Shown one piece after another: positions 8,701 through 17,834 of a stretch of 64,000 bases of DNA. The notes beneath the pieces were generated by a model. It was not told the origin of the DNA, ran no database searches, and saw only the letters and a list, made by a program, of their open reading frames with translations. The stretch is from a virus. A program made the position numbers and the translations under genes. Position 1 is the stretch's first letter; every line of letters begins with the position of its first letter. The DNA lies in IMG/VR virus record IMGVR_UViG_3300010401_000004, positions 6,831 to 70,830 of that record. One strand, given 5' to 3'.

Positions 8701-11286
8701 GCGCTTCACAATGATCGCGTCTGCGCCAGTATCTCGGTGAACTGCTTCGGCGGCTTCCTTCAATGTCGAGGGTGCGCGACCCAAAACTGTTGTCGCTTTC
8801 GATATCAGCAACTGTTCAGCGTCGTGGAGGGTTTTTGCCTCAAGTGAGTTTTTGGACGTGAACGGGATTTCGTGGACTTTGCCAACGAACTGCTCCGACA
8901 GATCAGCGGGATCAACTTTCGTTGTGTAGCCCGCTGCCCACTCTGGCTGATTGGTCAACATCGAGCCGGGGCGCACAGTATCTTGGGCACGCCGTCGCCC
9001 GTGATAAAGCACCGTCCCTTCAGGTACAGATACTCCCTGCTCAGGAACTGCGGTAGGAGTGGAAAGAGAGGGCGTAGATTGCGCTTGCGGTGCGCCCTCT
9101 GTCGGCGGAGCTTTTATCGGGGCACTCGTAGCGGATTCTGTCGGTTGCACTATGTCCGACTGTGCGGGTGGTGTTGCGGCCCCTTGCAAATTGGATGCGA
9201 TACTTAATTTCGCAACAGCGTGAGGGAAAACTACAACCTGCGGTTCGGCAAAATTCGCCTCGGCAGGAATGTCAAGGCCGTCATAACCCTGCCTAACGTA
9301 TCGATCTTGAATTAACGCCTCGTAATTGAGTGGTAATACGCCGCTTTTGTCCCTGAGACTTTCGATTTCTTTGTCGAATTCGCTTGCTGTTATCTGTTTA
9401 AGGTTGAGATCGCGGTAGGCTACCTTCAGCACTTTTGGCGCACCTGGATTTAGAATTTCACCTGTGTTGATATTCTGAAAAGTTCCATCGCCACGCGGTT
9501 CCATTGTAGGGCTGTGATAAGACAGATCGGAGAATGTTTTAGCAACGCCGGGATCGCGTGAGATATACACGCCGGGGCCGAAATACCCATTAGACGAAGG
9601 CTTTAATTCCGTAAGTGCTCCGCGAGGCGTGCCGTGATAAGCGGTTCCGCTTTCCGGTGTTGCGGCCTGAACTTGTGTCTGTCTCGCTAGGGTTTCAGCA
9701 CGGGATTCTGATTTGAATTGACCCTTGCCTTCGCCTCTGATTTTGCGAGGTTGTAAGTCAACGTGCCGGACTGATTCAGGCTGAGATAACTGCTCGGCAT
9801 TGGCGCTAACAATATCTGCCGCATTACCTCGGCGTCCGCTTGTAAGATCGCCCGCTTGAGTGGCGATGGTATTCGCTTCACTTTGCGGAGTATTTGCTTG
9901 ACCTTGCGCAGTACTGCTTTCTGTTCTTGCTGGTTCACTTGCTATCCTTTCTGCTCTGCTTAATTCCGGCCTCTCAGCACCGCCCGACAACGCAAATAAC
10001 GCGTTAACTGCGGCATTCTTTCCGTGCGGCTCGTTACCAGCGATCTTGTCAATTATCTCAGTTCCACCGCCAACCAATCCAGCCTTAGTCAACCTTCGGC
10101 CAATCTCGTTCAAAAGTCCCTGCTTCACTGGTAGCGGAATTTCAAATAGCCCGCCAATCGCCGCGCCAACGCCCGTCTCCTTGAGTATATCTTTGAACTC
10201 CGCATCTCTACCTTCCGCCTCAAGATATGACTGCAATCCAAACGCTACCGGCGCAGGGACACCTAATCTCGTGAGGATCATTGCTGGAGCACTTGCTATC
10301 GCCCCACCGGCGACATCTTGAGCAGTCTGGCTCACGACTCCACGGTTAGCGTCTCGGTCAATAGTCTGCGTGGCCCGATTAAGCCGATTGGCCGTCTCAT
10401 TCAGCTTATTAGCCGCACCTTCTGTAACCGCATTTCGTTGAAACGGATCATGCGGGATACTTCGTGCCAAGCCCGCGCCTTGCTTGAGCAGTCCCGCCGC
10501 GCCTTTAGCTGTTATCTCATTCGCGTAATCAACGGCATCAGGGGCGAGAATCGAAGGCGGTAGCAACCCAGCCGTGCCAATGCGAGTTAACGCTTCCACT
10601 GGCCCGCGTAGTGACTGCTTGGCTTCGGTTGCTGACCTAGCTTGCGCTGCACCCGTACCCATCATGTCGCCGCTTAACTTTGCTTGTTCCTGCGGCGTGA
10701 GATCAAATAGCTTGCGGCCAGAAGTCGGTGCTTGCACTCTACGGCGGAGAGGCTTGACGGTGACGGGTGAGGCAGGCGCTGCTGGTTGCTGTGACGGTTC
10801 TGGCTGGTCAAATAAATCCGCCAACGGGTCAACGGGTTTATTCGGTCTTTGTCCGCCCGTAGCTTTCACGTACTGCGCTGCTGTCATGTTTCCATCTGAG
10901 ATATTCGGTATCTGCCCGGTGCGCTCATAGTGCTGTTTCGCTCTCGGCCCTCCGAAGTAATAGAGACGCCTCGAAGTTGGGTCGGCCCCACCCTCAGCAA
11001 AGTATCTCAACCCTGCCTCGATATTCTCATCTGGATTCTTGAGATTGTACTGACGCCCTCCCACGGTACGGACAGAACCGCCTTTTACGTCGGGCATGAC
11101 TTGACCAAACCCTAACGCGCCTTTTGAACTAGCACGCACGTTGACGTTATGACCAGATTCTATCTGGGTAGTCTTGAGGTAATCGTCAGCAATGTCAGGG
11201 GCAATTTGGGCGCGTTGGGCAATACGCCTTACACGCTCAGAAGGATCGACGGGATCAAACAAATCAGCAAGGGGATCATCTGGCAT
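5710..11286 (-). CDS. Large internal virion/ejection polyvalent protein: SLT domain, two ART-like domains, helical/coiled-coil C-terminal half
   Basis: SLT motifs QIESG..SSKGALGFGQVMP..NIEAGLRY..YFGGP; ART-like YHGT..GYFGPGVYISRD..GYDG..QVVVF; second LYHG..AAGY..GADAII. Start placed at ATG 11286. Confidence 0.8.
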   Translation of the reverse strand: MPDDPLADLFDPVDPSERVRRIAQRAQIAPDIADDYLKTTQIESGHNVNVRASSKGALGFGQVMPDVKGGSVRTVGGRQYNLKNPDENIEAGLRYFAEGGADPTSRRLYYFGGPRAKQHYERTGQIPNISDGNMTAAQYVKATGGQRPNKPVDPLADLFDQPEPSQQPAAPASPVTVKPLRRRVQAPTSGRKLFDLTPQEQAKLSGDMMGTGAAQARSATEAKQSLRGPVEALTRIGTAGLLPPSILAPDAVDYANEITAKGAAGLLKQGAGLARSIPHDPFQRNAVTEGAANKLNETANRLNRATQTIDRDANRGVVSQTAQDVAGGAIASAPAMILTRLGVPAPVAFGLQSYLEAEGRDAEFKDILKETGVGAAIGGLFEIPLPVKQGLLNEIGRRLTKAGLVGGGTEIIDKIAGNEPHGKNAAVNALFALSGGAERPELSRAERIASEPARTESSTAQGQANTPQSEANTIATQAGDLTSGRRGNAADIVSANAEQLSQPESVRHVDLQPRKIRGEGKGQFKSESRAETLARQTQVQAATPESGTAYHGTPRGALTELKPSSNGYFGPGVYISRDPGVAKTFSDLSYHSPTMEPRGDGTFQNINTGEILNPGAPKVLKVAYRDLNLKQITASEFDKEIESLRDKSGVLPLNYEALIQDRYVRQGYDGLDIPAEANFAEPQVVVFPHAVAKLSIASNLQGAATPPAQSDIVQPTESATSAPIKAPPTEGAPQAQSTPSLSTPTAVPEQGVSVPEGTVLYHGRRRAQDTVRPGSMLTNQPEWAAGYTTKVDPADLSEQFVGKVHEIPFTSKNSLEAKTLHDAEQLLISKATTVLGRAPSTLKEAAEAVHRDTGADAIIVKRDGAITDAISLIERPVSAKHNPEDVIARAQAQGARVPENLLRATSPQLEPKPTEAGAAEGVTATPVIPPDPYFTPEPATTAAKKASMGADREALDLPELPKAERKGWQQSLAAAKPERAGLLADEVLNKPRSLNDEETASLVVRAQEIKNEHSQVMKAIGDATDAETIQAKRSQADALEREFDRITRATKASGTEKGRTLAAQKLTINQDYDLVSLVQRAKAAKGRDLTPDERSRYEQQAQKITDLEQQLTEANDRAKSAQIQKQIGRIQRQTRRGETKAVLDDEFASLKAQLAQAKLETRSGVQPSLLAAIDPEGKLTPIIAKMARNRVKAGINSAEALVDEVYGAVKDHYDVSRDEIAQLIRGTLHQPDDVLSRWDKNRQTQLLKQQADLESRMATGNYAPKNPRQTPIYNRETFRLQKGVNELKAKFDREMYRANRSTAGKVADTVAGFGNIPKTMLSMADVSAVMRQGGIGVYQHPILSGRAGVDMLKAFTSHGFANVENAIKNSPRFDQAKRAGVEFTGVDKDSPQLSKHEEGYLGSSAIDTLAKGKVNPLRIVKGVKDFSERTFVSFLDSQRMRIFESQAKALEDMGLKGKDLDDALKSQAKYINIITGRGSLGTKGNQAAPALNVALFSPRLIASRVQFLNKMFNPGSWANTPKGARRLQMADNAKFLFGVASTLALAKAAGANVNLDPDDADFLKIKAGETRYDMLAGLQQPMRFMYRMSRAIKGGETYEGADKGKIAADFARSKAAPGFGYGWDYLEGKNRLSGKKFEAGKDLTRTLIPLPFQDFQEAIKQDGVVRGIAEAFPTLFGVGVQTYQSSPEKPVTRAEKLARKFLADQMSPDEGRTQEEIDQSQQLSELRAQSRKGIDVSKSLAALKSQGVINDRKEKSILSSRGQMRLQEDVKRLPLYDPKHHKDALTVYSTATLEQQEALKKIISEKAAAVDLLPLEQQKEVRDRLISYGFKPGLSIPKRPERPQRPERPNPRAWSYQQ

Positions 11287-11287
11287 C

Positions 11288-12505
11288 TCAATAGATAGTA
11301 GCACCTTCCTGCTCAAGGTATGCTCTGGCTTGCGCTGCTGTCATGCCTAACCGTCTGGCGGCATCAGGGAGTTTGGATTTACTGATTCGCTGGCCCGTAT
11401 AGCGGCCTGGCCTAGCTTTCGGCTTCGCCGCTTCAACATCTCGCTTCGTGCGCAGGTCTGATGCTGCCTTGTCTGCCGCGTCGGCCTCTGCGCTGAATCG
11501 GGTTATGTCTGCTTGATACGTCGCAGACTTGGCCTGATTTCGCAACCCTTCCGCCTTCGTCTCATACTCCTTGATGCGCTTGTCGTAGTTGCTGATAAGT
11601 TGATCTCTATCAACTCCGCGATTCTCTGGCTTTGTAACCGCCTCTGACGCCAGCTCCGGCACTTCCTGCCATGTCTGCCCGTTGTCATCGGACTTCAAGG
11701 TTACTGTTGAGCCGTCCGCTTTCTTGCGCTCTCGAATGAGTGGAGGCTTAACCGTGCCGCCCCTGGTTTCCGTGGCTCGATTGTGCCGTGCCGTCTCTTC
11801 CATGCGGAATTGCTCACGCGCACTCTGCTCCTGCTGTCTCTGGGCTTCAGCCTTCAACTTCTCCTGCTCAAGTACCGGTTTCTGTCGAAGGTTCTCTAGC
11901 TGCGCCTGTTCTGCCTCTAAACTGATTTCATTCCCTACCTGCTGCCGATGTTGGCCAACACGCGCTTGAGACTGTAAGGCGTCAATACTCACCGGGGAAA
12001 CCCCTCCTACCGTCCCACCCGCAGCACCAGCCGATAGCAACTCAGCCGCACTCGCCCCTGGATGCGTCCGGGCATACTCACCCATCGCAATGAGCGCACC
12101 TTTACCAATAGACTTCAAGCGATCACCTAACCCGTGGTGCATCTTTGGCGGAAGAATCTCGCCATCAATTACCTTACTACTCGGGAAGTCTTTCGCGGCT
12201 CGCTCGTCTGTTTTCAAGTCCTCAATGGATTTGTCAATGCCTTGTAAGCCTTTGTCCGATCCAAGACGCACGCGAATAGGTTTTGGTTTGTACTCAGGCT
12301 CAGGAGGCAGTGGGGCTTGGGACATCGCGGCATTCATACTCACAGGCGCAGGCATTCCGCCTTGAGGCTGGGTCTGTAGCGACTCGGGCCGCATCTGAAT
12401 GCTTTGATTGATTTGTGGAGGTGGAGATTCTATCGGCTGTGCGCCAGCTCTCATTGCTTCCATCAGGCGCTTAAGACGAGGGTCGTTAGTGTAGTCGTCA
12501 ATCAC
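11288..12505 (-). CDS. Putative ejection (DNA transfer) protein
   Basis: 405 aa with Pro/Gln N-terminus, Gly/Ala hydrophobic segment and coiled coil; directly upstream of the large ejection protein. Confidence 0.6.
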   Translation of the reverse strand: MIDDYTNDPRLKRLMEAMRAGAQPIESPPPQINQSIQMRPESLQTQPQGGMPAPVSMNAAMSQAPLPPEPEYKPKPIRVRLGSDKGLQGIDKSIEDLKTDERAAKDFPSSKVIDGEILPPKMHHGLGDRLKSIGKGALIAMGEYARTHPGASAAELLSAGAAGGTVGGVSPVSIDALQSQARVGQHRQQVGNEISLEAEQAQLENLRQKPVLEQEKLKAEAQRQQEQSAREQFRMEETARHNRATETRGGTVKPPLIRERKKADGSTVTLKSDDNGQTWQEVPELASEAVTKPENRGVDRDQLISNYDKRIKEYETKAEGLRNQAKSATYQADITRFSAEADAADKAASDLRTKRDVEAAKPKARPGRYTGQRISKSKLPDAARRLGMTAAQARAYLEQEGATIY

Positions 12506-12511
12506 GCACGC

Positions 12512-12540
12512 ATAGTAAACCTGAATTCAGTTTGGTGCAA
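12512..12540 (-). promoter_or_regulatory. Sigma70-type promoter for leaderless ejection-gene transcript, with palindrome in spacer
   Basis: TTGCAC-17-TACTAT, 6 nt before the GTG start; CTGAATTCAG palindrome at 12521-12530. Confidence 0.6.
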
Positions 12541-12654
12541 TGGAAAGTTAAAACCCGTATTTCCAAATCGCAACTGTCGCAGCGAGCATCGCAATCCAGA
12601 AGAATGGCTCACGAGCGACGGCTAGCGCAAACTCTTTCAAATAAAGCGGCTTTC

Positions 12655-12951
12655 TCACTTCCGCTCCTTAGGCTTCAACAGTGGCTTGCGTGGTCTGTGG
12701 GTGCTCATCTTCTCCGCAACTCCACGTGACGGCCCTTGCGAAGCTAACGGCTCAGAAAACACATTCACCGTCGCGCTAACTTTCCCTTGCCGCTCCTCAA
12801 CCGTGATCATCCCCTTCGGGGCCAACCGCATCTCGCCGAGCAAGTTAGATCGCAGATATTGATTCAACGAACGCGGCATAGCCCGCACGGCTTCCCATAT
12901 ATCAGAATCCAGACGGACGGAACCGAGAACTGATTTCTTAATTTCGCTCAT
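12655..12951 (-). CDS. Ribbon-helix-helix-like DNA-binding protein
   Basis: SVRLDSDIWEAV..SLNQYLR, Arc/CopG-like. Confidence 0.5.
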   Translation of the reverse strand: MSEIKKSVLGSVRLDSDIWEAVRAMPRSLNQYLRSNLLGEMRLAPKGMITVEERQGKVSATVNVFSEPLASQGPSRGVAEKMSTHRPRKPLLKPKERK

Positions 12952-13602
12952 TTCCGTTCGCTCAGAATCGCTTGGTTCATAAGTTTTAGGCCGCGTTCAA
13001 TCCGAGCCATCATCTCGGGATCGTCTCCGCATGTAGGGTGTCGAATGCTGACGATTTCGTCCCCGCGCATCTCAATACACACGCCGTTTGGGAAAATGTC
13101 AGCGAGCGAAATACGGCTGCCTGACAACACAACGTCGTCATAATCCGTCTCGCGTAAAAGGTATTTAGCGGTTTTCATTGTTCAGATTGGGTTCATTTGC
13201 TTTTCACGTGTACGTATGGCGGTTGGCGCTTATAAACCTCTGCGTCTTTGTGCTTTTTCGCCTCAACGCGAGCATCCTTCAATCGATCAAAGTAGGCTTC
13301 TCGAATCGTGCCATCTCTAGCGTACCATCTAGCGAAATATGCTAATTTCATTGTTCAAATTCCTGTTGGCAGTGTGAGCAGTAGAGAGATAATTCAACCT
13401 CGCATGATGGACAATCGCGTTTATCCCGTTCGTTGTACGCTTTCTGGTAACGATCCAGTTGGAAGATCAGAAAGTTTACGTCATCGAAAACCTGCCCAGG
13501 CGTCAGGTTCAAATCATCTGGCGTAAAGATCGCGAGCCATCGCTTGCGAATCTCCGTCTCGATTTCTTTGTCTAGCGTTGCTGAAACTGTCATCACCGTC
13601 AC
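12948..13602 (-). CDS. Small hypothetical genes (12948-13178, 13193-13351, 13348-13602)
   Basis: Co-oriented small ORFs; the last has CxxC..CxxC. Confidence 0.5.
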
Positions 13603-13684
13603 AGCGTGCGCAGGTTTTCGGTTGTCATACCGCCCACCGTAACACGGTCACACGTATAACGCAAGCTATTTCTCGTAACACGTA

Positions 13685-14287
13685 TTACGACGCACTCGAT
13701 CCAGTCTTATCCTCAACCAAAAACACCGCAAATGCGCGATCTGCAAGTAGTTGGGCTTCGGGTTCTGGAATGCCGCTCTGCAAACACTTCCCAATGTAGC
13801 GTTTACGAAGTGATTCAGCGGAATCGTCACCAGGTAAAACTATCGATTCGGTTTTATCCGTGAAGAGCTTATGGTATTTTCCCAAATCCCGTTTCGCCTC
13901 GTGGGCGCTGTACAATTCAACCTTTGTAACTTTGCCCGTGTCTTTATCGAAGGCCAGCGACTTGATTAGTTTAGAGACGCCGCGCTTCTTAGCTTCAACA
14001 AGGCTGAATGAGCCATCGTCTTCCAGTACTTGACCAATGTCAGCTTCGGCAAAAGACGACAGCCCGGTTAAGACTTGATCGGCGGAAAGTATAAACGGCT
14101 TGAGGCGTTCGTTGATTGCGGCTTTGATTAAAGGTTTCTGAAGGTTCTCAACGGAAACTGCGTTTAGGGTCGCGTAGTTACCTTTATACCCGGCCAGTTG
14201 AGCAGCGCGAACACCATTTTTAGTTTCGAGGTAGTGTTCGACAAATAGCTTTTGCTTAATCGTAAGATTTTCAAGACCGGCACTCAC
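13685..14287 (-). CDS. terS: Terminase small subunit
   Basis: LTIKQKLFVEHYL..NGVRAAQLAGY..ENLQKP.IKAAI, Terminase_2-type N-terminus. Confidence 0.88.
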   Translation of the reverse strand: MSAGLENLTIKQKLFVEHYLETKNGVRAAQLAGYKGNYATLNAVSVENLQKPLIKAAINERLKPFILSADQVLTGLSSFAEADIGQVLEDDGSFSLVEAKKRGVSKLIKSLAFDKDTGKVTKVELYSAHEAKRDLGKYHKLFTDKTESIVLPGDDSAESLRKRYIGKCLQSGIPEPEAQLLADRAFAVFLVEDKTGSSAS

Positions 14288-14341
14288 TAGAACTTTAATC
14301 TACCCTCTCCCTCACTAGATTGGCAAGGGGAAATGTGACGA

Positions 14342-14806
14342 TTAGGTTTGCGTTGCCCATTTCTCAAGTTCAGGCCACTCGTCATTAAGGGTTTTCGGGA
14401 TTAACGCGTCAACTCCACGTACTTTAATCTCGGCCAGCCAAGCAAGGTACTGACTCCACGCTTCAAAGCGAACAATCAGCGCAACGTCAAAGGCGTCAGC
14501 CAGCTTCAATAGCGTGCCGATTTGCGGATTGTAACTTGCGACTTCTAGATGTTCTAGTCGATTGATCGTTGCAAAGCTCACGCCCGCCTTGTCGGCAAGC
14601 TCCTCCTGCGTCCAACCACGATCCTCTCGAATCAGCCGAACCTGAGAGCGGATAATCCAACAAAGCGAAGTGTCTAAGTAGGCATCTCGGAAGTTTTTAC
14701 CATGCAGGTCAAAGGCAAGCTGCCGCAGATCGATTTCGGCAATCTCCTGAGATACCTGATTGCGAAACTTTACCCGCTTTGCTTCTCGATTGGGACTCTC
14801 TATCAC
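14342..14806 (-). CDS. XRE-family HTH regulator
   Basis: IREDRGWTQEELADKAGVSFATINRLE..TLLKLADAFD. Confidence 0.85.
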   Translation of the reverse strand: MIESPNREAKRVKFRNQVSQEIAEIDLRQLAFDLHGKNFRDAYLDTSLCWIIRSQVRLIREDRGWTQEELADKAGVSFATINRLEHLEVASYNPQIGTLLKLADAFDVALIVRFEAWSQYLAWLAEIKVRGVDALIPKTLNDEWPELEKWATQT

Positions 14807-14894
14807 TTTACCTTCCTTGATCCAGCCTACTAATGCACGGCGGGTTCCACCTGCTTTCCCTCACCCTTCCCCCATCGCGCTTCTCTTGCCTTCT

Positions 14895-15056
14895 TTAGAC
14901 TCTTTTGTGAGGCTGTTTAGCTTCAAGGGGTCTTACGCGCTCGCGGTCATAATACGGTGAATTGCACGATGCACAGTTCTTTGGCTTCTCCGTTGACCGG
15001 GGCCACCATTTATGACCACAGCGGAGGCAGAGGAGTTGTTTAAGGGTTTGAGTCAT
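14895..15056 (-). CDS. 53-aa zinc-ribbon protein (below ORF-track cutoff)
   Basis: Hand translation MTQTLKQLLCLRCGHKWWPRSTEKPKNCASCNSPYYDRERV... Confidence 0.65.
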   Translation of the reverse strand: MTQTLKQLLCLRCGHKWWPRSTEKPKNCASCNSPYYDRERVRPLEAKQPHKRV

Positions 15057-15167
15057 GCCTCGTCTGACAATCCTCTCGCGGCAAGCGTCACAGTGTTGAT
15101 CCGTTCGAGTTCGTCAAGAACGAGCTTGGCGTGTGTTTGGGTCTTATTCATCCTGACTCGTCTTCCT

Positions 15168-16208
15168 TTATTGACGTTCCGCTTGAAACCGAGCTTCTAG
15201 TTCTGTTTCTGATTTGCCTATCGCACATTCTTTGCAAGTCGCCCAGCCGTGCATACACGAATCGCAAATTTCCTTCTCGCAATCGTAGCAGGGGAAAATC
15301 AATGTACTTATCGGATGCGCCTCTTCGCAGTTATCGCAAAGATACCCTCGTTTCATTAGCTCTTACGCCTTTCCGTTATGGTTTAACGCCTTCACACATT
15401 AGCATCAAGCAATCGTGAGTTGCACACCAACGATAAAGCTGCGGCCCGTGGTTCATCGGCTCACCCAAGACACACGCGGAGTACGATTCTCGCGGCAATT
15501 CGCCTAACTCTTGCTCTGCTTCTGTACGACCTCGCGGTTTAGCGGCAACCTCAATCCGATTACATTCCGCGTTCACTGCGTTAACAATCTGGTCAGCCGC
15601 TTCAGGCGTTGAGCATGTACCAATTCGCTCACCGTCCATGTAAACTTCTGTTCCGCGTCTCTCGTATCTTAGTAGTTGCATGATAATCCTTCCGTTTGTT
15701 CAGGCTCGGGCGTTACTTGTCTGCCCTCAGCGTTGTAGCCACGTCGCTTAGCTTCGGCCAATAAATCGTTAAATGGGAACCGTTGCAGCACCGCTGGCCG
15801 TGTCCACTCTTCGATAAACGTTGACTCAGGCATTTGACGCAGCTCTTTAGTGTTAGCAGCGCTCAAATTTAACTTGTGACAATCGCAAGAGCACCGCTTC
15901 CAGCCCCCGGTGCGCAATTCGATTTGACCAACACAATCATCGTGATCGTAAGAGTCACACGGCCACAGATCGCCCATGTCCCGGTGATGCGGATGATAAG
16001 ATTTGAGTGCTCGCGTAACCCACTCTTGCTCAGTTGAGATTGAGGACGTTAGCGAACGGAAGCGACTACGAGCGGCCCCCGCAGCGCAAGCCGGACAAAC
16101 GCGGCCAAAGTATGCAGCGATGCGCCGAACGCGCGCCTGACCTCGCCCGAAATAATCAACCGGGTTAGAAGCGTTAAGAGAATGCCCGCAAGTGAATGTG
16201 TTTCCCAT
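15168..16208 (-). CDS. Three Cys-rich hypothetical genes (15168-15356, 15376-15681, 15669-16208)
   Basis: Co-oriented ORFs with Cys clusters. Confidence 0.55.
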
Positions 16209-16215
16209 ACCCAGA

Positions 16216-16245
16216 ACTATACGCCAAGCTATATAGACAAGTCAA
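16216..16245 (-). promoter_or_regulatory. Sigma70-type promoter, leaderless
   Basis: TTGACT-18-TATAGT, 7 nt before ATG 16208. Confidence 0.65.
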
Positions 16246-16283
16246 CACCTATTTTGATTTATTTTCAGATACGACCGGTCTGC

Positions 16284-16559
16284 TCACTTCCGCCCCTGAG
16301 GGGTGCCCAGAGAGTCGCGCAACTCTTTTACTTTCGGCGTGAGCCATCCACAGCCATTACACCAGTCGCAAGGGTAAGTACAGCCACAAGGCACGGTGAG
16401 CGCAACGCAACAGCCCACAGCAAACTCTCCACCCGCAAGGTCTTGTTTCAACAGCGACACGCGCCATTCATCCCGCGCAAGGTGCATCATATTTCCGAAG
16501 CCGATTTGCACGCCCAGATTGTGAACTGCTCGCGCCTGTTCTCTATTATTCTCGCTCAT
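16284..16559 (-). CDS. Hypothetical Cys-rich protein
   Basis: CGC..CDWCNGCGW. Confidence 0.5.
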   Translation of the reverse strand: MSENNREQARAVHNLGVQIGFGNMMHLARDEWRVSLLKQDLAGGEFAVGCCVALTVPCGCTYPCDWCNGCGWLTPKVKELRDSLGTPQGRK

Positions 16560-16843
16560 TTCACCTTCGGCCTCCCGCGAGCCTTCTTCCCGTTAGCCTG
16601 ATTCCGCTTTCCAGCCTCTTGCCGCTTCGGATTGATTGTAAAACTCTGTGCGGCCTTCAAAGGCACCCGAACGCTGGGTACGTCGATCTCTACCGTTTGA
16701 AGCCTTCCTGCGGCGATTGCAGCCCAAACAGCCTGCCTTGTGACGCCTCGCAGGACAGCAACCTCATTCACCCGCAAAGCAATTTTGCCGTTGTGGTGCG
16801 CGAATCGAATCTGAGAAACACGATCCTCAGTACCACTAACCAC
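16556..16843 (-). CDS. Excisionase-like HTH protein
   Basis: VNEVAVLRGVTRQAVWAAIAAGRL plus basic tail. Confidence 0.65.
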   Translation of the reverse strand: MVSGTEDRVSQIRFAHHNGKIALRVNEVAVLRGVTRQAVWAAIAAGRLQTVEIDVPSVRVPLKAAQSFTINPKRQEAGKRNQANGKKARGRPKVK

Positions 16844-16850
16844 CTTTTCA

Positions 16851-17360
16851 GTGAGAGAGGAAATGAGAATGGAGCCAACAGTAGGGCAAACCGTCAGGCC
16901 GCGACTCGGGCCTAAGCCACCGGGAATTAGAAACGCCCGCGAGCTTCATGTAATCACAGAAGTGAAGAAGCTCGGACTTTGGGATGGCGACTTCAACCAA
17001 GACGACGACGGTTATTTCCACAGTCAGACCGAAATCGACAATGAAGGCGGGTACTGGATTAAGACCGATAAACTACGCGAATGGTATGCGTGGATTTGGT
17101 TTCGACCGGAGAAGGGATAGCTAATGATTAAGGTAACACTCGATTTAACCGCCGAACAAAAGGTGGCAATCCAACCGCTGACCGATGCGATGACAGAGGC
17201 GATTGGCGGGGTGCTGGGCCAATGTTTTGTTATCCCAACAGACAGCCGCTATGGGCAAGTGGATTTATATTATATGACCCGCGAACAGCACGCAATCATT
17301 GATGCGGCAATCATAAAAGCACTGAAACTTGAAAGGGGTAACTACGATGCAATATCATGA
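16851..17360 (+). CDS. Two plus-strand hypothetical genes (16851-17120, 17124-17360)
   Basis: Adjacent ORFs with GAGG/AAGGGA RBS, divergent from the HTH gene. Confidence 0.5.
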
Positions 17361-17834
17361 GTTTGAGCCAACAACAGTTAATGCCCGTATTCGTCTCTCA
17401 GCTTCACGGAGGGCGTCGGCTTGGGCATTGTATTGCGCTGCGGCCCCTAACGTAAACACGTCGCCTTCGCGCGTTGCTGCCGCTTTCTTCGCCGCCTCTC
17501 TCGCCATCTCTGCGCAGATGGAGGCGGGGTTGGGTGGTGCGGGGAGGTTACGAAGCGGCCCCTTGTCCACACCTTCGCCCATTGCGGTTAGTTGCGCGAT
17601 TAGATGTTTTCGGAAGCCAGGATCGCGTTGCGCCACGTTGTAGACGATCTGTTCCTCTGTCCCTGTTGAAGCGCGGCGTGACCATGCTTCGATTGCCTTC
17701 TCAGGCGAATTGTGAATTGCCGCACAAGTGCTGTTTGTACACGTCACGTAGAAAGCCGCATCCTTGTAATTTTGTAGTTTCGCGGGCGCTCCGCAGAACG
17801 GACACGGCGGCAGGTGTGGTTTATTGATGCTCAT
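17355..17834 (-). CDS. Lar-family restriction alleviation protein
   Basis: LPPCPFCG...VTCTNSTCAA...AIEAWSRR. Confidence 0.75.
   Translation of the reverse strand: MSINKPHLPPCPFCGAPAKLQNYKDAAFYVTCTNSTCAAIHNSPEKAIEAWSRRASTGTEEQIVYNVAQRDPGFRKHLIAQLTAMGEGVDKGPLRNLPAPPNPASICAEMAREAAKKAAATREGDVFTLGAAAQYNAQADALREAERRIRALTVVGSNS

Noticed and set aside
5710-12505. Many plus-strand ORFs antisense to long genes (here and in 47-63 kb)
   Set aside because: Shadow frames of the real minus-strand genes.
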